Source: the human T2T-CHM13v2.0 reference genome, Homo sapiens. From it: a DNA stretch of 64,000 nucleotides. Position 1 is the stretch's first letter. The number at the start of each line of letters is the position of its first letter. The notes under the pieces were generated by a model, which was given only the letters and a program-made list of their open reading frames with translations, had not been told where the DNA came from and made no database searches. Shown here piece by piece: positions 1-18,771 of the stretch. Location of the stretch: assembly GCF_009914755.1 (NCBI RefSeq), contig NC_060931.1; one strand, written 5' to 3'. Both the position numbers and the translations under genes were made by a program.

Positions 1-18
1 CCCATTGCTTGTTTTTTT

Positions 19-19
<1 letters not shown>
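1..19 (-). mobile_element. End of an inverted L1 ORF2 segment (probable twin-priming 5' inversion)
   Basis: cccattgcttgttttt is antisense L1 ORF2 (same string at ~13472 in the minus-strand L1) and directly abuts sense L1 sequence; only ~19 nt are visible. Confidence 0.6.
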
Positions 20-805
<786 letters not shown>

Positions 806-2269
806 TCAGCTGTCATTGATTTCTATGTAAATATGCACAGGTGATGTCCATATAGACATAAATAATAATATTTCGGACAATGGGTCCATATGATCTTCAA
901 AATGTAAAATGTCTATCTGTGTAATTGACTGGTTAGTCTCATTAATGAATATAGATTCAATTCTACTTTCTTGTTCTAGATAAATTATATAATCTAGCTT
1001 TTCATTTCACTTATTTACTGATAACAACAGGAAGAATGACAAGATTTCTATTTTGGAAAATTACTCTGGTAGGAGTAAAGATGAAATAATGATAGAATTG
1101 CATGGACAACTAGAAAAAAGTATGGTCTTCTTATATTCTATCACATCACATACTAAAGGCCTCATAAAACTCAGATATTTTATCTAAAATTGTTATTTTC
1201 ATCATAGGAATGATCAAAGCATGAGACCACAATTGTATTAAAATGTGCTTGTATCACAAGCACAGGTACTAAAAAGGAGGAGGAAACATCATCACTGATA
1301 TTTTCAAAGTATGCTTTATTTTCATCAACATGAACCTCAACTTGATATGATGCAGATTGAAGGAAATCACCCATAATTCCATATGAAGAAGGCCTGTGAT
1401 ATTTTATGGGAAAATAGAGATAATGCTAACAGAAACCCTATTAAGCAAGAAGCTTTATGGAGCAAACACAAATCCAGTGGTGAAAGATACACACTCGAGT
1501 TCTTTTCGTTGTCTTGGAACAATACGGTTTAGAGGTGACTGGCGGATGAGGAGAACATATGCGAGTTCACCAAAGAGAAAAGCTGAATGAGGCAATGCCT
1601 CTTCCTGACCATATCTCTTACTCAGATAATGATATAATTTATTGTCCAGTAAAGGGTATATTAAAAAATCATATTAAAAGTCATGCAGTGAAGTTGTCCA
1701 GGGAAATCAAGACTTAACAGTCTCACTCTGACAATAATGAACAGGGGGATTCCCTCAAGATAGACTAGGACATGACCCCACACTGGCAGGTAGTAGTACC
1801 TGAAAAGAACGCATGGAAAATCTTTACCTTATGCTTGAGGTAGGGACCAGGCTAAAGTGAAAGCCAGACCTAAAATTCTATCTAAAATAAATCCACAATC
1901 AAAGAAAATATGTGGTGTACAGGCATAGAATGTCTTTACTGGATCATTGAAATAGTAAGATAAATTCAACTTTTTACTTTGTTTTATTTTCCTCCAGTTA
2001 GGGCTTGAGGTTTGTCTCTGGAGAGTGACTGTCAATTGCAGCCCTGCCTTTCTGGGGTTCTGGTCAGGGGGTTGTGGATGCTTAACATGTGCCTTTCACA
2101 GGACACTTCCTTACCCCAGCAGTGGCCAGGTGTACATCCCACGACCAGGCCTCCCTCTCACAGAACATCTGTTGAGACTAGGAGATGTCTGGTGACTGTT
2201 GCCTGACCTGTGTCCTGTGTATTTCTGACAAGAGCCACTCTCAGAGACCCTGGCCAGGAGGAGAGTTCC

Positions 2270-2820
2270 AGTGTAGGTCAGCTCAGACACATGGAGGCCA
2301 CAGAACCAAACATGGGAAATCACAGAAGTAGGTTTATTACTCACAGATCCAGAGAGAAGATGGTAGCTGAGAAGAGGGTTTAGCTGTGTCCCCAGCCAAA
2401 TCTCATCTTGAATTCCCACATGTTGTGGGAGGGAACAGGTGGGAGGTAATTGAATCATGAGGGCAGATCTTTCCCATGCTCTTCTTCTGATAGTGAATAA
2501 GTCTCACAACATCTGATGGTTTTGTACAGGGGAGTTTCCTGCACAAGCTCTCTTGTCTTGTCTGCTGCCATGTGAGACGTGCCTTTCAGCTTGCACCATG
2601 ATTGTGAGGCCTACCCAGCCATGTGGAACTGTGCGTGTATTAAACCTCTTTCTTCTGGAAATTACCCAGTCTTGAGCATGTCTTTACCACGGTATGAAAA
2701 GGGACTAATACAGTAGCACACCTCATAGGGTTGAACAAAATGGTGAAGATGAGTGGGGAGCAGGAGACAGAAAAGGGGTCTGTGGGACTCCAGCCTTTAT
2801 TGGGCCCAGAACATTACCTG
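2270..2820. mobile_element. Old LTR fragment split by the THE1 insertion (family uncertain)
   Basis: gtttattactcacagatcc and cctttattggg motifs on either side of THE1 resemble antisense ERVL-class LTRs. Confidence 0.35.
2368..2712 (+). mobile_element. THE1 (MaLR) solo LTR
   Basis: TG...gctgtgtccccagccaaatctcatcttgaattcccac...catgattgtgaggcc...ggactaataCA, with 5-bp TSD GTAGC at 2363-2367 and 2713-2717. Confidence 0.93.
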
Positions 2821-4943
2821 CGTGTGGGGGCTGTCCATGTGCACTGTGAGGTTTGTGGGGTGAGTCAGGTAGGTTGTATCCAATGGTTCCATAGCTGGTA
2901 GTCACCAGGAGGAGGCAACTGTGTAGGGTCAATATCTGGGCCAGCCACACTGAGGAACTGTGAGGGTTAGAACCGGAAATTTTCAAGGGAATCCGACCCA
3001 GCTACCATATGAGAGAGTTCAACTTATGTTCAATGTGAATGCCATGGCAATATTAAAAGGTAAGAATTCGCTCCATACGTGCTTGAGGTATATAGGGGAA
3101 ACCTAGAATTTATGTAAACAGTGAGAAGACTGGATGCGTTTTATGTCACATATTTTAATACTAGCAGCTTATTATATATGTCAATCCATCAGGCATTCAG
3201 AAATACATGCTTATGAAAATTTTTTGCACCATCAGACAAAAGACAAGGATAGAAGACATTTGTAACCCTATAAACACTAGTAAATTAAAAACAGAAGGAC
3301 CTTTATGTCCTAATATATCTGTGTTGTGAAAGGCTGCCCTGTGAAATACGCGATTTCTTAAACATATTTTAAAAATCATAGGTGTCAATATTTTTTAGAA
3401 ATCCATTTGAATTTTCTCTTGCTATTTTACAATGCCTATTTGTTTATTTAGTGGCTCTGCTGATTTTGATGTATATCATAAACTTTACGTTTTCTTTAAA
3501 GGATGTTTTATACAAATTTATGTAAAATATTTCAGTATCTTCACATTCCCTCCCTGTTCTTTTGTTTTGCCCTTATATAGTGTTCTTGAGTCTTTTCTCT
3601 GGCTTCTCAAACCTGGTAAGACTAAGACACTAAAGTTACTTTGCCCGTGGTTTGGTAATGCCTTCTAAAGCACATCCTAAGCTCTCATGCATACAGGGGT
3701 CTCTTTTTAGCTCTGTGCTTTTGGGATCCCATATACCTAAATTCCAGTAATCCAAATTAGTACTGCTCAGTTTTAGTGACTAACTTTACAAATGTATTTT
3801 AATAGCAAGTTAGTTTAGTGCACTCTTGCTTCTTTCTTGACTGCTTGTATACATGTATATTCCTTTAAATGAATATAGGAATTTATTTAAAAATTTTAAA
3901 TTATACTAATGAAACTGTATATTGTTGTGAATTCATAAGTGAATTTGGAAAGAATTTGTCTTTATGATACTAAATCTTTTTTATCCAAGAATCATATGTG
4001 TCTATATATTTATTCCAGTCTATATTTATATCACTAAGTAAATATATAGAAATATATATACATACAACTGTAGTTATAGATACAAATATAGATATAACAT
4101 GTTAAATCTATATCTATCCCATATAACATATATACATGTTATATGTGTGTGTTTATATATACATATGATTATGTTATTAAACAGCTCCCTTAAAATTTTT
4201 CTTTTATTTCCCATATAATTTTAGGTCGAGCTTGAATTTTCCTTGTATAAACAAGCAAATATTTATACTAGTTTTAATACTGATGTTTAGACATTCTATC
4301 TTATTTTAGCATTGAATATTTTCACAATTATTATAAATATTATCTAATATAAAAATGTACCTGTTAAAAATATTTAAAATTTTACCTTTGAATTATTTTA
4401 TTGTTGAATTAAAATTCCTTTAATATGATAGTAAATTTCTATGTTATGCTTTCTCTATGCATATGCAAATTAATCTATCCACTTCTCTATCTCTATGTAG
4501 TGACATATGAAAATCAGGCCTCTCTTCTTCTAATGGACATACAGATGTTTGCATATAGAATATAAGACACTTTATAGCATTTAAAATCTTTAAGGCATGA
4601 ATATTGCCTTTTAACAAATATACTTCAGCATGTACTGAGAATCCCCTATTTATTTTTAATTTAGGCTAATCAATATGATTATTAATATTATTGGATTACC
4701 AAATTTGGAAACACACTTTCATCCCCAAGGTGGATATTTGTTTTTTTTTTTTTTTGCCAATTTCTTGTCTTACTGTTTCAAATATTGTTGGATATTATTA
4801 TTTTATTTAGCATTTTAGTATCAACATTTGTAATGGAGGTACTCTACATGTTTTTTTCTTCAATATCTGGAGGGTTTTATAATTACTGCTATATTGGATT
4901 TGTAGTAGACATTGACAAAAATTATTCCTGTATGTTTTATAGC

Positions 4944-5495
4944 TGAAAGAGGGAAACTAATATATTTTACCCCTAAATATATTTCCTTGATATATTTCAA
5001 AATGGCTGTTGAGAAGGGCTGGAAATGCAAACTTAGCTGCAAAGCTGTCTTGGGGAGATTTGCATCGGTATAGAATCTGCCTTGATGCAGCCAAGCTTTA
5101 TCTGAGGTCTTCCCCCTTGTCTGGATCCAGGAAATTTAACTGAGAGTCTGAGGTCTCCAAAGGTCTGAAAGAAACATTTTCTGTCTATTCTCTCTGAGGA
5201 CTGTTCCAGTGAGGTTCCACCTATGTAATAAGTCCACTGTTGCTAGCTAGGTTCGTTTCCTCATATAACCTTTTTCTTTCTTTTCCCTGTGATCCAAGAC
5301 CCCATTCTTTCTGTAAACTTCATGTGCTAGATAAGCTTCTGCACGCATCATGTGTCTGGGTCTTCGTTCTAAGGGGTCCAGTGTGCACACATTGCAGAAA
5401 CCTGTATGCCTTTTCTGCTATTTATCTGCCTCCTATTAGTGATTTTCAGGGAAACTTCAGAAGGCAAAAGGGACATTCTCCTTTAGCCCATTCTC
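4944..5495 (+). mobile_element. MER34/MER39-family ERV1 solo LTR
   Basis: ttacccctaaatatatttccttgatatattt...gcaaagctgtc...ggggagatttgcatc...taactgagagtctga...aaaggtctgaaagaaacattt. Confidence 0.7.
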
Positions 5496-5679
5496 AGACA
5501 AATTCCCCCAACATTTAACTGATTCCTAATAGCTTAAAATCACTTTGAAAAATCCATATATTTATAACCTTTTCTTCCCTCTATGATTTCTGGTCAGCTT
5601 GGGTTTTGTTTTTCATTTCATTTACTTCATCCTCGAAAAGATCTATTTTACATCTATTTATTCTCATTTATGGACATCG

Positions 5680-6130
5680 AGAAAAGAAAATAACTTTCAT
5701 GTGAGAAATGCAAGTCCTTTTAAATAATCAGGTCCAGAGAGATATTCAAATGAGACAACAGTTCTGTCCTGCTCCTCTTTGAGCTGTGTGTTCATCTAGG
5801 CTGCTTGCTGTTGCCACAGTAGCTATAAATTAACCAATAACGCCACACACGACACGATAATCCACACCCAATTATAGTGTAACATTGTATAGCCAGTCAC
5901 TAATAAATGTTATTTCCATAAGCCAATGAGAATTTGTGACAAACCTCTTTGCATCATCCCACTCCTGGACCCTTTTTTGCCTTTAAGGAACTGCTTCTTG
6001 CAAAGCTCCAAAGGGAGTTCATATCCAAGGATACTTGGGTCTGTTTCTTCCAGGCAGCTGTCCTCATTGTGGCTCAAGTAAACTCTTTGAATTACGTTTT
6101 GTGCTTCAGCCCCTTCCACTTAGATTAACA
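5680..6130 (+). mobile_element. MER67/MER31-like ERV1 LTR
   Basis: ttttaaataatcaggtccagagag near the start; ggctcaagtaaactctttgaatta...ttagattaaca at the end. Confidence 0.55.
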
Positions 6131-6246
6131 ACATGGATTTGTGTCACCAGGTACAGCAATTAAAATGTTTACACTTTTCCCCTCGAGGGCACTGATGTGT
6201 TTTCCTGAGCACTTGGAATAGCTACATAGTGTTTCCTGTCTAGATT

Positions 6247-6432
6247 ATGGTTTCTGAACCTTGGTGCTACTTACCTTTAGGACCAGAGGATTCTTTGTTG
6301 TGGGAGGCTGCCCTAGCAATGCTAGGTGTTTCGTTTGACCTCTAAATTTCACACCTCCACCAGTCTTGACATCCCCACAATATCCCTAGACATTGACAAA
6401 TGTCTCCTGGGGAAAACTCTCCACCAGTTGAC
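6247..6432. mobile_element. MER20 (hAT-Charlie MITE)
   Basis: attctttgttgtgggaggctgccct...ctagacattgacaaatgtctcctgggg. Confidence 0.8.
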
Positions 6433-7409
6433 AGGCAAAGTTCTGGAAATATTGGAATTGTCAATTGAGATTTTAAGTTATCCAAAACAAATTTTTTTCT
6501 TTGTTTTTAAACATCTACTTCCATCTACTTATCTACTTATTTTCACTTTTATTTGTAACTTAATTCCATCAAGGAGAGGGAGTGCATTTTCTGTTATGCT
6601 AAATTTTTGAAGAATGTATTGATTTTTTAGGACCTGATATATGGATGATATGTAGATATTACATGTTTTTATTATCAAATTTCAGGGCGATAATAAAATA
6701 AATACTTATAATATTTATATTGTCACTGTATATTAGTTATTTTCTTTCTTCACTACAGGGGTTTTTCAACCTATAGGCTATTTTTCAATTCTTGGTTATC
6801 CAGTAGATTTTGAAATGTTATGATTAAATATCTACTTCTCAAGCATTCATCTTTGCAAATGAAACAATCCCTAGCACTTATAATGCACATCATACAAAGG
6901 GCAGATTAGTCAACATATGGTTCAGAAATAATTATGTAATACTTATAAGAAAATTAAAAATTTAGATCCTTAACTGAGATAACAATAATCAAAATTAAAA
7001 TTTGATTTCATTACATAATTTAAAATGACACCAGAATACTAGTAAAAATGTAGATAAGTTTATGTAATCTTTTTTAGCTGTAGGACTTTATTAGCATAAA
7101 TTGTAACACAGGATCCAAAGTAAGATTGAGGCCTATAGTCAAAGGTTAAAATGTACACATTATAGGGGCATGATTAAACGAATTTAAAGCATAATAACAT
7201 GGAGAAATATTGCAAAACATACATTTTTCTGAATTAATTGTTAATATCTAATCATTATGTGAGAACAAAACTAAAGAGTAGCTACACAGGCACACACCCA
7301 CACACAACTGCAATATTGTCAAATAAACGATGTTCAGCTACACTAGAAATCACACCTGTGTTTTCTCCACAGAAGAGTAAAGATTAAAAATCACAATATT
7401 ATTTATTGT

Positions 7410-8345
<936 letters not shown>

Positions 8346-9709
8346 AGAGAAAAGACAAATATATAGGTGACAAATAATATTTAGAGTGTAAGACACTTTT
8401 TGAAGGTATATTTGCAATTTGTATCAAAACATTTAAGTATACATTTGTTACTTTAACTATAAAATTTCAAATAATTTAAGCCAAATACATAGTATATGCA
8501 GAAAATTAGCAATATATCTATGTAGCACCTTACTGTACATTACTGTAACCAGCCGTCTAACATACAGAACTAATTAAGGTAGCACCTACTTTTCAAATAT
8601 CGCATTTTTTTCACAGACCTATTAAATAAGACAAATAACATTTAAACTTTATTTTTAAATTTGCAGAAAAGCAGTTTTCAGCAGATGGTTTATTTTAGTA
8701 AATTCCATCTTCACATTGTGCTATGCTTTTATGAGTTCCAGCTGTTAACGGATATTTTACTGCTGAAACTATCATGTGTGGTTTAATTGCTCATTATGTG
8801 CCTTAAAACACAAGCAATATAATTATTTTCAACTTGGAGCAAATTAAAATCTTATCAGCAATTTAAAAACTCTAGAGTCGTCTTCTTCTGGTTAATTATT
8901 TTAAACTTGTATTTTTCTCTTTATGTTTTTAGTGAGTTGTCTTATCAAGGAGAAGAACTCAAGCTGATTATTCTTTTTTTTCTCTTCCATCCACCTCGCA
9001 AGTGTGTTAAGAATTTCATTTCTCAGAAAATGTTCTTTCATATCCATCTTACAAGATGAGAGACCTTTCAACATCTTCCATTCGGATGTCATACGAGTAA
9101 TGGAACATATTCCAGCTTCATGAATATGGTGATACAAATAGTTAACCGTCTAACCTCTTTCAGTGCCAAATGTTTACTTTACTCAGTGAATTACTCAGTT
9201 GACTGGTAATTCTTCTGAAATCACTAATGAGAGGATCAGAGGTCTGGCTGTGGTCTGTACCTCATATGACTCCCAGTGCAGACAATTTTTTCTATGGAGC
9301 ACAGACAGTTGAAAGGATTCACTTCCTGCCTAGGATAGTTTCTGCTGTGCCTCTTATCCTTCTTGTGGAGATTTCAGGTTATCTGAATTGCTTTTCTATC
9401 TTAAGAAAAAACGCAACAATTCTCTCACCTGAGAGGAATGTAAACTGTAGTAAGTTGGCAGAACCTATCTGTAAAGTTTTTACATTGTTGCAAAATGCAG
9501 CGCTGGTGTCTCCATCACTAACCTTTTCTATCCCTCATTGCTCTTTCTTTGACTGCAATAAGATACCTCTAGGCAAATCTGTATTCCCGAGACAGAGTGC
9601 CCTTTTGGTGAGCTATAAGCACACTCAATGGTAGGCTGAAATACTAGCTTTTATCTATGGCGAAATGGAATCATATCAGTGATTTTTTTTAAGAAGGAAA
9701 TTTAACTCT

Positions 9710-9830
9710 TGCTATGGTTTGAATGCTTGCCCCTTCCAATCTCACGTTAAAATTTGATCCCCAATGTTGCAGGTGGGGCTCACTGGGAGGTGTTTGTTCA
9801 TGGGGGTTGGACATTCATCAATGGATAATA
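9710..9830 (+). mobile_element. MST (MaLR) LTR 5' fragment
   Basis: tgctatggtttgaatg...aaatttgatccccaatgttg...gggaggtgttt. Confidence 0.7.
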
Positions 9831-9959
9831 CCATCCCTTAGGAATCCAAAGCTATCCTCCCTCCACGGTGCCCTCAGGAATGAGTGTACCATTCTTTATT
9901 CACCTATAATTCCCCCACCCATCCTTTTTGAGATATTGATTACATATATGTTACACTGA

Positions 9960-12190
9960 TGCATATTTTCTGACGTATCAGTGAGTTTCTGGCTGTCTTA
10001 TTTTAGTTTACCCTTTGTCGTTTAGTTTGTAAATCTTCTATTTTGTTCTATAAATTTTCTGATGTTAGGGTAAAATCCATTACTTATTCTATCTCATGGA
10101 ATTTTTATTTCAAATATTTATTTTTCATCTATACATGTCACATTTTTCATTTTATAACTTCTATTTTTCTCCTATGTTCAATTTTTCATTTAAGTACCTT
10201 GACATACATATGTATTTATCTATATGTATTTATAAAATATATTTACTTTAAGGACCTTGAAATTTCCTTCTTCTCTGTCATTTATAAATAACTTATTTTT
10301 ATCCTGTTAATATATGTCTTAATCATATACATCTTACGGCTTCTTTGCATGTCAGAGGTTTTTTTGGGGGTATTTTGGTGTTATGCTATTGAATATCTAG
10401 ATTTGATTGGCTACCTTTGAACAATGATGTGGCAGGCAGTTCAGTAACTTCAGGATGAGTATTTTTCTGTTGTTGTTTTAAATCTTCTCTTTAAACTTCG
10501 TTGAGTTAGTCTAGAGCCATCTGTAATTTGGAGCTAAATGAGCACTGTCACTAGGGCATGAACTTCCGGTGGTCTTTACTGAATATCCTGGAGGTACAGA
10601 GGGGATTCCCTTCTCTGGCTGGTCAGAGCTAACGTGTCTTCCTGTCATGTGATGCCAGGGAAATGTTCTTCTTCCAACTCCCTGGTACATTCCTTTGCTG
10701 AGCTCATTAGAATTTCATCCTATGTACATTTGGCTTAGGGATGTGGAAGAATCCTTAGGCTGATTCTTGGTTTCTTTTTCTGTAAACGTTCTCTTCTACT
10801 ACACATTCCAGCTGCTTAACCTTTTTTGATTTTTATCTGGTTCCTCAGTGCAATGACAATGTCTGCTTTCTCTGGGATTCCTCCCTACTGCTGTCACGGA
10901 TAATCTGGGAATAAAGCAGGACTCATTCTGGCTCCTTCTCTTCTCTTGCCGAGCACAGTCCTGTACTGCCTGATGTTCAGTACTTCAAAAAAATGTTTCA
11001 TATATTTTGTCCAGTTTACTATTCTTTAAGTCTAAAAGTGTAACTCCAGTCCCAGTTACAGCATCATGTTCTGTAACTCTACTCCTTGTTGCTTCATTCT
11101 GCCATTGTCTGGTATGATCTCCCCTTTCCCTTCTGTAATCAGGCCAAGGGCATAATATAATACTAGTTATAACTGCACAGGTTGCCTCCGTTGTGTCAAA
11201 AAATCACTGAGACTTAACTGTGTCCAACTTTTAAAATGTGAATATAAGTACAACTAAAGCTATATTTTGGTTAATATTTGCATTGCATGCTTTTCCATTA
11301 TTTACTTTCAACATATGTGAAATATGAATATAAATTATAAAAACTTTAAGAGAGTCCATTTAAAACATCTGATCTGGTTATGTTTTAACTGGTTTAATAC
11401 AACGTGCATTCTTGAATTCAGGGTCTAATATAATTGGTACATCTGTCTATTTGCAGAAAAAAAGAAAACTTGACAATATTTTAAAATTAATTTATCCAAC
11501 TCACAACTTATATGCTTCTGCCGTTGAATGGAAGATACATTTTAACTTTTATGAGATAGCATTCTGTTATAGAGTCAATATCCAATTAAATTTCTATGTT
11601 TATTTCTTTCATTAAAAAATTGTTCTTCTATCTGCAAACTTTCATCAGAGATCATGGCTCTTCTACCTGAAGAATAATCTTTAGTATTTCCTTTCCTGTG
11701 GGTCTGCTTGGGAGAAATTCTTTATTGTGTCTTTGCTTTTGATGGATATGTCCACCAAGTAGACAGTTCTAGGTCAGCACTTATTTTATTTCAGGACTTG
11801 AAAGATATCAATACCTCACTTGTTGGCTTTCGTAGTTTCATTTGAGAAAGTTGTTATCAGTCAACTCTTTCTCTTTGTAGTTAGCCCAATTTTTTTATCA
11901 AGTGCTCTTTACATTTTTCTTTTACTTTTCAGAAATTGTCCCATTATGTTTCTAGATGTGACCTCTGTGTGTGTTTTCCTTTGCTTGGAAAAGCCTCCTG
12001 AACCTGTCGTTTAATATTATTGGTCAATTTTGATAAAGCCTCTAACATTGCCACTTAAAATGCTGTTCAGACAAGCTGTTTTCTCCTTCTTAGATTTCAA
12101 CGTGTTAGATTATTACTCTATCCTTCATATTTTTTAAATGACCTTTCTCTACAAATTTTTTAGTTGGTTAATCTGTATTGGTGTATATTG
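9960..12190 (-). mobile_element. Degraded ancient L1M fragments
   Basis: T-rich antisense L1 ORF1-like tracts (ctttagtatttc...ggtctgct...aattctt; ttgaaagatatc...tttgagaa); patchy similarity. Confidence 0.45.
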
Positions 12191-12422
12191 TGTTATTTTA
12201 TTCTATTTTATTTTATTATTATACCTTAAGTTTTAGGATACATGTGCACCATGTGCAGGTTTGTAACATAAGTGTTCATGTGCCATGTTGCTGTGCTGCA
12301 CCCATTAACTCGTCATTTAGCATTAGGTATATCTCCTAATGCTATCCCTCTCCACTCACCCCACCCCACAACAGTCCCCGAAGTGTGATGTTCCCCTTCC
12401 TGTGTCCATGTGTTCTCATTGT

Positions 12423-16251
<3,829 letters not shown>

Positions 16252-16314
16252 TATGATGTTAGCTGGTTATTTTGCTCGTTAGTTGATGCGGTTTCTTTCT
16301 AGTCACAATTGTCT

Positions 16315-17317
16315 TTACAATTTGGCATGTTTTTGCAGTGGCTGGTACCAGTTATTCCTTTCCATGTTTAGTGCTTCCTTCAGGAGCTCTTTTAGGGCAA
16401 GCAAATCTCTCAGCATTTGCTTGTCTGTAAAGGATTTTATTTCTCCTTCACTTATGAAGCTTAGTTTGGCTGGATATGAAATTCTGGGTTGAAAATTATT
16501 TTCTTTAAGAATGTTGAATATTGGCCTCCACTCTCTTCTGGCTTGAAGAGTTTCTGCCGAGAGTTCAGCTGTTATTCTGATGGGCTTCCTTTGTGGGTAA
16601 CCTGACCCTTCTCTCTGGCTGCCCTTAACATTTTTTCCTTCATTTCAACTTTGGTGAATTTGACAGTTATGTGTCTTGGAGTTTATCTTCTTGAGGAGTA
16701 TCTTTCTGGCGTTCTCTGTGTTTCCTGAATCTGAATGTTGGCCTGCCTTCTAGATTGGGTAAGTCCTCCTGGATAATATCTTGAAGAGTGTTTTCCAACT
16801 TAGTTCCATTCTCCCCATCACTTTCAGGTACAGCAATCAGACGTAGGTTTGTTCTTTTCACAGAGTCCCATAATTCCTGGAGGCTTTGTTCGTTTCTTTT
16901 TATTCTTTTTTCTCTAAACTTCCCTTCTCCATTCGTTTCATTCATTTCATCTTCCATCACTGATACCCTTTCTTCCAGTTGATTGCATTGGCTCCTGAGG
17001 CTTCTGCCTTCTTCACGTACTTCTCGAAACTTGGCTTTCAGCTCCATCAGATCCCTTAAGCATTTCTCTGCATTGGTTATTCCAGTTATACATTCGTCTA
17101 ATTGTTTTTCAATGTTTTTAACTTCTTTGCTATTGGTTTGAATTTCCTCCTGTATCTCGCAGTAGTTTGATCATCTGAAGCCTTCTTCTCTGAAATCGTC
17201 AAAGTTATTCTCTGTTCAGTTTTATTCCATTGCTGGTGTGGAACTGCATTCCTTTGGAGAAGGAGAGGAACTCTGCTTTTTAGAGTTTCCAGTTTTTCTG
17301 TTCTGTTTTCTCCCCAT
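16315..17317 (-). pseudogene. L1 ORF1, disrupted
   Basis: ATG at 17317; coiled-coil fragment MELKAKFREVREE...RIKRNEQSLQELWD drifts out of frame after EDLPNL; ~12-bp deletion near 16398. Confidence 0.9.
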
Positions 17318-18345
17318 CTTTGTCATTTTATCAACTTTTGGTCTTTGATGATGGTGATGTACAGATGGGTTTTTGGTGTGGGTGTCCTTTCTGTTTGTTA
17401 GTTTTCCTTCTAATAGACAGGACCCTCAGCTTCAGGTCTGTTGGAGTCTACTAGAGGTCCACGCCAGACCCTCTTTGCTTGGGTATCAGCAGCGGTGGCT
17501 GCAGAACAGCGGATTTTCGTGAACCACAAATTCAGCTGTCTGATCATTCCTCTGGAAGTTTGGTCTCAGAGGACTACCCGGCCGAGTGAGGTGTCAGTCT
17601 GTCCCTACAGGGGGGTGCCTCCCAGTTAGGCTGCTCGGGGTTCAGTGACCCACTTTAGGAGGCAGTCTGCCCAGTCTCAGATCTCCAGTTGCGTGCTGGG
17701 AGAACCACTACTGTCTTCAAACTGTCAGACAGGGACATTTAAGTCTGCAGAGGTTACTGCTGACTTTTTGTGTGTCTATGCCCTGCCCCTAGAGGTGGAG
17801 CCTATAGAGGCAGGCAGGCCTCCTGGAGCTGTTGTGGGTTCCACCCAGTTCCAGCTGCTTGGCTGCTTTGTTTACCTAAGAAAGCCAGGGCAATGGCGGG
17901 CCCCACTCCCCCAGCCTCACTGCCGCCTTGCAGTTTGATCTCAGAGAGCCGTGCTAGCAATCAGCAAGACTCCATTGGCATAAGACCCTCTGAGCCAGGT
18001 GCAGGACACAATCTCCTGGTGTGCCATTTTCCAAGCCTGTTGGAAAAGTGCAGTATTAGGGTGAGAGTGACCCAATTTTCCAGGTGCCATCTGTCACCCC
18101 ATTCTTTGACTAGGAAAGGGAACTTCCTGACCCCTTGTGCTTCCTGAGTGAGGCAATGCCTCACCCTGCTTCGGATCCCACACGGTGGGCTGCACCCACT
18201 GTCCTGCACCCACTGTTTGGCACTCCCTTAGTGAGATGAACCCGGTACCTCAGATGGAAATGCAGAAATCACCCATCTTTTGCATCGCTCATGCTGGGAG
18301 CTGTAGACCGGAGCTGTTCCTATTCGGCCATCTTGGCTCCACCCC
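17318..18345 (-). promoter_or_regulatory. L1 5'UTR with sense and antisense promoters; intact YY1 site (18326-18335); 129-bp ZNF93-target block (17446-17574)
   Basis: CAAGATGGCC on the minus strand; extra segment between ctgttgga and taccc relative to L1HS. Confidence 0.85.
17893..18147 (+). CDS. L1 ORF0-like antisense ORF, 84 aa (expression unknown)
   Basis: MAGPTPPASLPPCSLISES...PSEPG...RVTQFSRC matches recalled ORF0 (MAGAPPPASLPPCSLISDCC...); strong Kozak gcaATGg. Confidence 0.7.
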   Translation: MAGPTPPASLPPCSLISESRASNQQDSIGIRPSEPGAGHNLLVCHFPSLLEKCSIRVRVTQFSRCHLSPHSLTRKGNFLTPCAS

Positions 18346-18771
18346 TTATTTCATTATTTCATCATTTCATCATTTCACTTCATTTCATCATTTCATTTCA
18401 TCATTTCATACCATTTCTTCATTTCATCATTTCATAATTTCATTTCATTTCACTATTTCAATTCATCATTTCATTTCAGCATTTCATTTCATTTCCTCAT
18501 TTCATTGCACCATTTCATTTCATCATTTCATCATTTCATTTCATCATTCCATTTCACCATTTCATCGTTTCATTTCATCTCATCATTTCATTTCATCATT
18601 TCATTTCATTTCAGTGTTTCATTTCATCATTTCACCACTTCATTTCATCTCATCATTTCATTTCATTTCATCGTTTTAACATTTCATTTCATTTCATTTC
18701 ATCATTTCATCATTTCGTTTCATCATTTCATTTCATTTCATGTCATCATTTCATCATTTCATTTCATTTCA
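18346..18771. repeat. (CATTT)n / (CATTTCAT)n tandem repeat
   Basis: About 425 bp of mixed CATTT and CAT units. Confidence 0.97.

Noticed and set aside
4457-4470. Octamer ATGCAAAT suggesting an immunoglobulin V orphon promoter
   Set aside because: No leader exon, V exon or recombination signal sequence found nearby; expected by chance in AT-rich DNA
8901-9634. 78-aa and 135-aa ORFs in unique-looking DNA
   Set aside because: No recognisable homology or exon structure; lengths compatible with chance. BLASTX would be needed to reconsider
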